Source: a virus
Taxonomy: Duplodnaviria; Caudoviricetes
DNA: 64,000 bases
Virus record (IMG/VR): IMGVR_UViG_3300044719_000253
Span: 96,001 to 160,000 of that record
Reading direction: 5' to 3' (one strand)
Part shown: positions 58,910 through 64,000 of the stretch, piece after piece
How positions within the stretch are numbered: the stretch's first letter is position 1
Layout of the letters: each line of letters opens with the position of its first letter
The notes under the pieces: generated by a model
The model's database searches: none
The model's input: the letters and a program-made list of their open reading frames with translations, nothing else
Told to the model about the DNA's origin: nothing
Position numbers and translations under genes: made by a program

Positions 58910-59800
58910 ATGACTACTCGTCCCAATGGTGCCATCCTGCAACCCGGCACAGCGTACGGACTGGGTGCCCAGGCACCCATGGTCGATCTGACCTATGGCG
59001 GTCAGATGGGTTGGGCACCGGACAATGCGGCTTGGGTGAATAACCAAGCGTACGTTCGTCGCCACCTCATTCCGATCCTGCTGGAAGCGCCGAAGCTGTT
59101 CCAGTTCTTCCCCAACCCCGACAAATACGTCGCCTGCCTGCGCGCCCTCATCGAGACACAATGGCTGAACGTCGAAGGTCTGAACCGCGGCCTGACCGCT
59201 GAGTTCGCCCAGAACCCGTATGGTGGTTCCGGCCAGACCCAGCAAGACCTGGTCAACATGAAGCGTGCCGAGTCCAAGCCGAAGCACACCTACCTGGAAC
59301 GCTACGGTCGTCCGATCCAGCGCTTCATCGAAACCTGGATGCTGTACGCTGGTCTCGATCCGGACACCAAGTTCCCGATGGTGACCACGCTGCCCGCATT
59401 CCAAGCCGCCTACCAGTCGGGTCAAGTGACCGACAACCTGGGCGACATGACCACGGCCACGGTGCTGTACATCGAACCCGATCCGTACGGTCGCAAGGTC
59501 GAGCAAGCCTTCCTGTGCTTCAACATGTTCCCGGAAAGCACCGGCGACATCGTGGGTTCGGCGGACAAGACCCAGGACATGCAAACGCTAAACGTCGACA
59601 TCCAGTTCACCGCTCTGCAGCAAGTCGGTTATGGCGTCGATGCGTTCGCGCAGCAGATCCTGAACGCCACCAGCTATGTCGGCGCCAACCCGATGATGCG
59701 TCAAGCCATGGTCGAGCAAATCGCTGCCGACGTCAAAGCCGCCCAAACCGGTTTCGACGCCAGCGTACAAGCCGTGGCACAGCGTCAAATCAACGTGTAA
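58910..59800 (+). CDS. tail tube protein (phiKZ gp30-like)
   Basis: 296 aa directly after the sheath; TVLYIEPDP...AFLCFNMFPESTG. Confidence 0.8.
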   Translation: MTTRPNGAILQPGTAYGLGAQAPMVDLTYGGQMGWAPDNAAWVNNQAYVRRHLIPILLEAPKLFQFFPNPDKYVACLRALIETQWLNVEGLNRGLTAEFAQNPYGGSGQTQQDLVNMKRAESKPKHTYLERYGRPIQRFIETWMLYAGLDPDTKFPMVTTLPAFQAAYQSGQVTDNLGDMTTATVLYIEPDPYGRKVEQAFLCFNMFPESTGDIVGSADKTQDMQTLNVDIQFTALQQVGYGVDAFAQQILNATSYVGANPMMRQAMVEQIAADVKAAQTGFDASVQAVAQRQINV

Positions 59801-59810
59801 TCCAACACGT

Positions 59811-59858
59811 CATACCGCCTCTCCTTCCCGCGTGGGGAGGAGAGGTCGTTATGCCGTC
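59811..59858. terminator. terminator hairpin after sheath/tube operon, CATA/TATG flanks
   Basis: Stem CCTCTCCTTCCC/GGGGAGGAGAGG. Confidence 0.75.
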
Positions 59859-60069
59859 AAGGAATCACCAGAACGCGTTGTACGGGGTTTTATTCATGGG
59901 TTGGTAGAATCTAGCGTTTTGTTCGAGAGACCATCTCAAAACGCTTCTATCCAAAAGGAAACAAAAAAGAAAGAGGGCATACACCCCACCCCGACCCGAA
60001 GGCCGAGGTGGGGAGATGTCAACCGTGTTGCGTCGGACGGCCATGGCAAAATGTCACAGCCGATGAGAA

Positions 60070-60412
60070 GATCACGGTCTCCTCTAGGTACAGTTACCCA
60101 TACCTACGAATACGTTACCCGATGGGGACCAGGAGACCCCGGGTTCTACTGGAGTGTTTCGAGTAACGTAATCCCGAAATGAGGTGGTTATGACTGGGAG
60201 GGATCATGGCTCACTTCCCATTCGGGATTTCTCACGCATGTCACGACAGCGACTCACAGGGCAGCGTGATGCCCCCAACCAAGCTCCCAGGCGACACAGC
60301 CACTGGCGACCTGTTTCACTCAGTTGATTTCCTTAGACGCGGTTACATGGCGACTCGACAAGGTGTGCCTGGTAAGCTGTTTGTCAAGTGGGCATGGGTA
60401 ACCGCACCGTGT
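60070..60412 (-). ncRNA. candidate large structured non-coding RNA (strand tentative)
   Basis: No credible ORF. Contains a 14-bp long-range helix (60091-60104/60391-60404) and multiple 8-12-bp internal helices. A downstream minus-strand terminator lies at about 59960-60013. Confidence 0.5.
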
Positions 60413-60416
60413 GGCG

Positions 60417-60917
60417 TTACGCCGTGGCAGTGGCGGGCGCGAACAGGTCGTAGGCGGCTTGCTTCTGGCGCTTGAACACTTTGTTCAGTTCGCCCGAACC
60501 GGAGTCCGAACCACCCATGACTGCCTTGCCGGACATGGCGCCGTACACGGTCTTCTTCGGGGCGACTTCGCCTTTCTGCGCGATGCCGGCGTTGCGCTCG
60601 ACTTCGCGATCCCAGGTGAACTCGGTGTAGGAGCCGCCGACCATCGGGAAGCGGGCCGTGGTCGAGGTGATGGCACGGTCTTCGACAGCGGCGCTGCGCG
60701 ACAGGTTGCCCCAGGCATCGGCGCTGGCGGCGATGAAGGCCTTGTCGTGGGCGCGCACGCGTTGCACGGTTTCCAGCGGCAGGTCGACCGGCAGGGTCTT
60801 CTCGTAGATGTTGTCGAGCGCTTCGCCGACGCCGCCTTTGCCGACTTTGGCCAGTTGTTCGATCTTGTCGGTCAGCTCCACGTGGGATGCGGCCGGCTTC
60901 AGTTTATCGTCAGACAT
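60417..60917 (-). CDS. highly expressed-type hypothetical protein
   Basis: AAAGGA RBS; extreme codon bias similar to the chimallin, sheath and phuZ genes. Confidence 0.8.
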   Translation of the reverse strand: MSDDKLKPAASHVELTDKIEQLAKVGKGGVGEALDNIYEKTLPVDLPLETVQRVRAHDKAFIAASADAWGNLSRSAAVEDRAITSTTARFPMVGGSYTEFTWDREVERNAGIAQKGEVAPKKTVYGAMSGKAVMGGSDSGSGELNKVFKRQKQAAYDLFAPATATA

Positions 60918-60986
60918 GTTGATTTCCTTTTTGAAGTTTTTGAGGTGATGAAACAGAGGTGCTACAGAGGTGCTGTGGGAACAGCG

Positions 60987-61562
60987 TTAGGCGAACCGTT
61001 TCTTTGGTTGAGACGGTTTGCCGAAAGACTGGCGGGTGCTGCTGTTCGGACCACCGGCACTGAAGGTGCGCGGGGCGCTGTGCTGCGGACGGCCTTGATC
61101 GGAACGGAGGTGATCCGCAGTGCGAGTACGTTCATGACCGGGGCCGGCATGTGCGCGCAGGTTCGAGTCCGACCAGCGCGGTGGATTGAACGGTGTGTTG
61201 GATGGAGTCGGTGCCGATGGCTGTGCTTCCGCGATGCGGGCGCTCTTGAGGGCGACCGAGGTCAGCAGGCGCGCTTTGAACTTCGGTTGATTTTTCTCGA
61301 CGGCTTTACGGATGTGATCCGCACCGAGGATAACCAGCAGTTTGCCGGCATGCTTGTAGACGACGGGCGACATGTCCTTGACGCTCAGGTCGAACGGTTT
61401 GGCGAACTCAGCGTCGATCTCGATGTCAGCGACGTCCACATCGATGAGGGGACAACTGCCAGCGCGGGAGACGACCAGCGCGAGGTTGTGTTTGTGACCA
61501 TTGACTTCGATCACCGCATCTTTCAGTTCCGCGGCGAGAGTAACTGGATTACCCAATTGCAA
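60987..61562 (-). CDS. hypothetical protein, possible degenerate ParB/Srx-like domain with disordered tail
   Basis: PVVYKHAGKLLVILGADHIRKA...FKARLL loosely resembles a ParB N-domain; TTG start with AAAGGA RBS. Confidence 0.55.
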   Translation of the reverse strand: MQLGNPVTLAAELKDAVIEVNGHKHNLALVVSRAGSCPLIDVDVADIEIDAEFAKPFDLSVKDMSPVVYKHAGKLLVILGADHIRKAVEKNQPKFKARLLTSVALKSARIAEAQPSAPTPSNTPFNPPRWSDSNLRAHAGPGHERTRTADHLRSDQGRPQHSAPRTFSAGGPNSSTRQSFGKPSQPKKRFA

Positions 61563-61664
61563 TTCCTTTACAGTTAAGGGGGTCTGCTGCTCTATAGCAG
61601 GAGGGAAGCGACTATTTTCTTACCGATCTTTTGCAACCTGTTAACACTACGGTTACTACTCAAC

Positions 61665-61688
61665 TTAGTGATATAGTCGTATTTTGAT
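61665..61688 (-). promoter_or_regulatory. early-type promoter, TATATCAC variant
   Basis: Minus strand reads ATCAAAATACGACTATATCACTAA. Confidence 0.7.
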
Positions 61689-61734
61689 TTAGCGCCATAT
61701 CCTCCCTACCCCTTGCAGGGTAGGGAGGGATGGA

Positions 61735-62541
61735 TTACCAGCGCAGCGAAGGACGACGCAGTGAATCTTGGTTCGGCAACGGGTAGCCGATGGCGTTGAA
61801 CAAGGCTTCCGCCGAGATCACCATCGATTCGTTCGAGATACCGGCCGGGCGATGCTGGAGGATCGCGCTTTCCAGAAGACTGCGCGACATGTCCATCTCG
61901 TAGTTGCTTTCCAAGGCTGGCGAGAAGTACTTCTCCGCGACCGCTATGCCGGGTTCATTTACGCAGTCAAACGTGATGACTTCTTTCAGGGTGCGTTCTT
62001 CGATACCGAACTTCACGCGGTTATCGGTGAACGACCGGATCGAGAAGCACACATTCTCGTGCGGGTTCTGGAGTTGCTTTTCCAGCACATGCCCGAGTTC
62101 GCCACTGGGCTTGACCAGCGACATGATCGAGATCACCGACTTGCCCTCTTTGTCTTTGACCGAATCGTAATCCAGCCAAATCTTCATGTGTGTGCAGCAA
62201 GTTCGCTCTTCATAGATCGACAGGTTACGGCGCACGAACTCTTCATCGCGCAGCCGTTGTTCGGCCGCACTCAGCGCGCGGGGCGGCGGTTTCGGGTGGC
62301 CGAGTTCCCCACGCAGCGCGCCGCGTTGGATACGCCGTTGGAACGAGCCAGATTGGTTGGTGAGCAAATCCACCACTTCTTGCTTGGCCGTGTAGAAACT
62401 ACCGGCCGAGTTAAAGACGTTCAAGGCACCGACCACCATCGGGTAGTACCCATTCTCGTCTTGTTTCAGTTGACCGACCTTGTTGACTCCAGTAAGGGAG
62501 GTGCACGCAAAGACAACGGAATTCAGATTCATGTTTCCCAT
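61735..62541 (-). CDS. prohead (head maturation) serine protease, phiKZ gp175-like
   Basis: LRGELGHP (His), FSIRSFT (Ser) and TFDCVNEPGI motifs of T4 gp21/HK97-type proteases. Confidence 0.9.
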   Translation of the reverse strand: MGNMNLNSVVFACTSLTGVNKVGQLKQDENGYYPMVVGALNVFNSAGSFYTAKQEVVDLLTNQSGSFQRRIQRGALRGELGHPKPPPRALSAAEQRLRDEEFVRRNLSIYEERTCCTHMKIWLDYDSVKDKEGKSVISIMSLVKPSGELGHVLEKQLQNPHENVCFSIRSFTDNRVKFGIEERTLKEVITFDCVNEPGIAVAEKYFSPALESNYEMDMSRSLLESAILQHRPAGISNESMVISAEALFNAIGYPLPNQDSLRRPSLRW

Positions 62542-62570
62542 ATTCAGCTTTCTCTAAAAGGGAAATGTTA

Positions 62571-63287
62571 TCAAGTTCGCAAAAGTGCCTCAAGTCGTTC
62601 GACGCGCTCCGTAGGACTGACGAGGGCTGAGATCATGCCGTCCTTGGCATAACTACCGGCCAGCTTATTCAGCGTGTTGGTAGCCGCGTATGCCACCGAG
62701 CGCAGGGGGATGAACACCGGCTTCTTGTCTGGATCGTTGGCGGCGACTTGACGGTAGTACTTGGTACGGTCGTCAGCATCACGGGCGATGATGGACACCA
62801 TCAGTTCCGTGACTTCTTGCTGTTGACCGATATTCGCTCCGGCGTGTTCCTTGGCGGTATCGAACAGCATGCCCAAGTGTTCATACGACAGATACCACGG
62901 CACCCGACCTTTGGAAATGATCTCATCGTAGATGTTGTACACCAACGTGTCGATCTTCACCAAATCCAATTGCGGACACACGGTCGCTCCGGCATCGAAG
63001 GAAAACTCGTAGTATTCGTCGTCATCGTAGAGGACTTTGCTGGTCGAACTCGGCGTGATGTTCATCATCGCATTCGCGAGTGACACCCCGTAATACTGAT
63101 CTTCAACGATGATGGCAAAGATCCCCACGATGCGGGTATTGATCCCGACGTAAGCCAAGCCGCGTTCAGCGAAACGAGCCGGTACCACAATCTTCACGGG
63201 CTTTTTTGCCACGAGGCGATTATCGCTCATTTCCACCAAATACGACTTGGCCCGGTCCGGGTCATGGATGTAGTGACGATGATCCAT
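62571..63287 (-). CDS. conserved virion protein (phiKZ gp176-like position)
   Basis: 238 aa in an operon with the protease. Confidence 0.7.
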   Translation of the reverse strand: MDHRHYIHDPDRAKSYLVEMSDNRLVAKKPVKIVVPARFAERGLAYVGINTRIVGIFAIIVEDQYYGVSLANAMMNITPSSTSKVLYDDDEYYEFSFDAGATVCPQLDLVKIDTLVYNIYDEIISKGRVPWYLSYEHLGMLFDTAKEHAGANIGQQQEVTELMVSIIARDADDRTKYYRQVAANDPDKKPVFIPLRSVAYAATNTLNKLAGSYAKDGMISALVSPTERVERLEALLRT

Positions 63288-63297
63288 GACCTACCCG

Positions 63298-63999
63298 TTA
63301 CACGCTTTCGACCACCAGCAGGGCAGCCACCCAGCTGGCGATGTATTCCAGCACGGCGACGGCGCCGGCTTCACGCGGCGACAGCTTCGGATTGCGCTTG
63401 GCTTCTTCATCCATGCGGGTCAGGATGAACTCGGCCGGCGACTGCGGGAACGAGCCACGGCACACCAGCTTCAGGCACATCTGGTGCAAGTCGTCCGCAT
63501 CTTGCGCATTCATACCACGCAGCACTTCGCGGAACGCGTCCATTTCCTGCTTGATGGCATTGGCGCTCAGTACTTCACCGTCGGTATTGGGTTTACTGAT
63601 GATGCTTTCGTACGCCAGCACCAGTTGCTCACGCAGGAAGTTCATCCGTGCCACGCTGTCACGCGCCGTGATCAGCGACGAATAGCGGTTCCAGGCAGCG
63701 GCGTATTTGTCCGCTTTGTCGGTGATCGCATCCACCGTGAACGCCAGTTCGTCCGACACCGCCATGCCGTACAGGATGTCGGTGTTGCCACCCTGTTTGA
63801 GCCATTCACGGTACACCGGCGGGAACACGCGGATCTCGTTGCCGATCACACTGCGCACCATGTTGCCATTCTTGATGGCGGCGTCGTTGTTTTCCATTTG
63901 GATTGACAGCAGATGTGCCGCTTGGGCCATCAGCCCCATCAACGAACCGCGGTACTCCTTCAGGCCGAGCGAGACGCCTTCCAACACCACGTCGTTTTC
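63298..63999 (-). CDS. 5'-truncated conserved head-associated protein (phiKZ gp177-like position)
   Basis: The frame stays open to the window edge. Confidence 0.65.
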   Translation of the reverse strand, partial: ENDVVLEGVSLGLKEYRGSLMGLMAQAAHLLSIQMENNDAAIKNGNMVRSVIGNEIRVFPPVYREWLKQGGNTDILYGMAVSDELAFTVDAITDKADKYAAAWNRYSSLITARDSVARMNFLREQLVLAYESIISKPNTDGEVLSANAIKQEMDAFREVLRGMNAQDADDLHQMCLKLVCRGSFPQSPAEFILTRMDEEAKRNPKLSPREAGAVAVLEYIASWVAALLVVESV

Positions 64000-64000
64000 C

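Noticed and set aside
60130-60340. RNase P-like fragments (AAGGAAATC and TAGAACCCGG on the minus strand)
   Set aside because: The two halves cannot form the P4 helix and the GAGGAAAGUCC consensus is absent.
1-64000. CRISPR arrays, tRNAs, rRNA, IS elements and inteins
   Set aside because: No regularly spaced direct repeats, cloverleafs, transposase or integrase motifs, or intein C...HN signatures were seen by eye. tRNAscan-SE was not run.

Overview
This window is a 64-kb segment of a phiKZ-like, nucleus-forming jumbo phage (Chimalliviridae). The host cannot be determined from sequence alone. Left half: the conserved nucleus/replication block, comprising an SF2 helicase, four non-virion RNA polymerase (nvRNAP) subunits, a PicA/gp69-like import protein, a ChmC-like RNA-binding protein, an Mre11/SbcD nuclease, chimallin (ChmA), a family-B DNA polymerase and PhuZ tubulin. 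The nvRNAP beta-prime N-terminal subunit is split inside its catalytic NADYDG|D motif by a 331-nt group I intron with no endonuclease ORF. Middle (about 37.5-46 kb): accessory early genes, including eight small membrane or amphipathic proteins, a SLOG protein, three tandem paralogues and a sigma-region-4-like HTH protein. Right: the morphogenesis block (large terminase, gp26-28-like proteins, tail sheath, tail tube, prohead protease). Non-coding signals seen directly: TATAT(T/C)AC early-type promoters, an AAC(C/T)AACAAC leader motif, terminator hairpins flanked by CATA...TATG, and three long structured intergenic regions (about 28.2-28.5, 32.5-32.7 and 60.0-60.4 kb) that are candidate novel RNAs. 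No tRNA, rRNA or CRISPR array was seen. Orthology to phiKZ gene numbers rests on recalled motifs and gene order, not on database searches.
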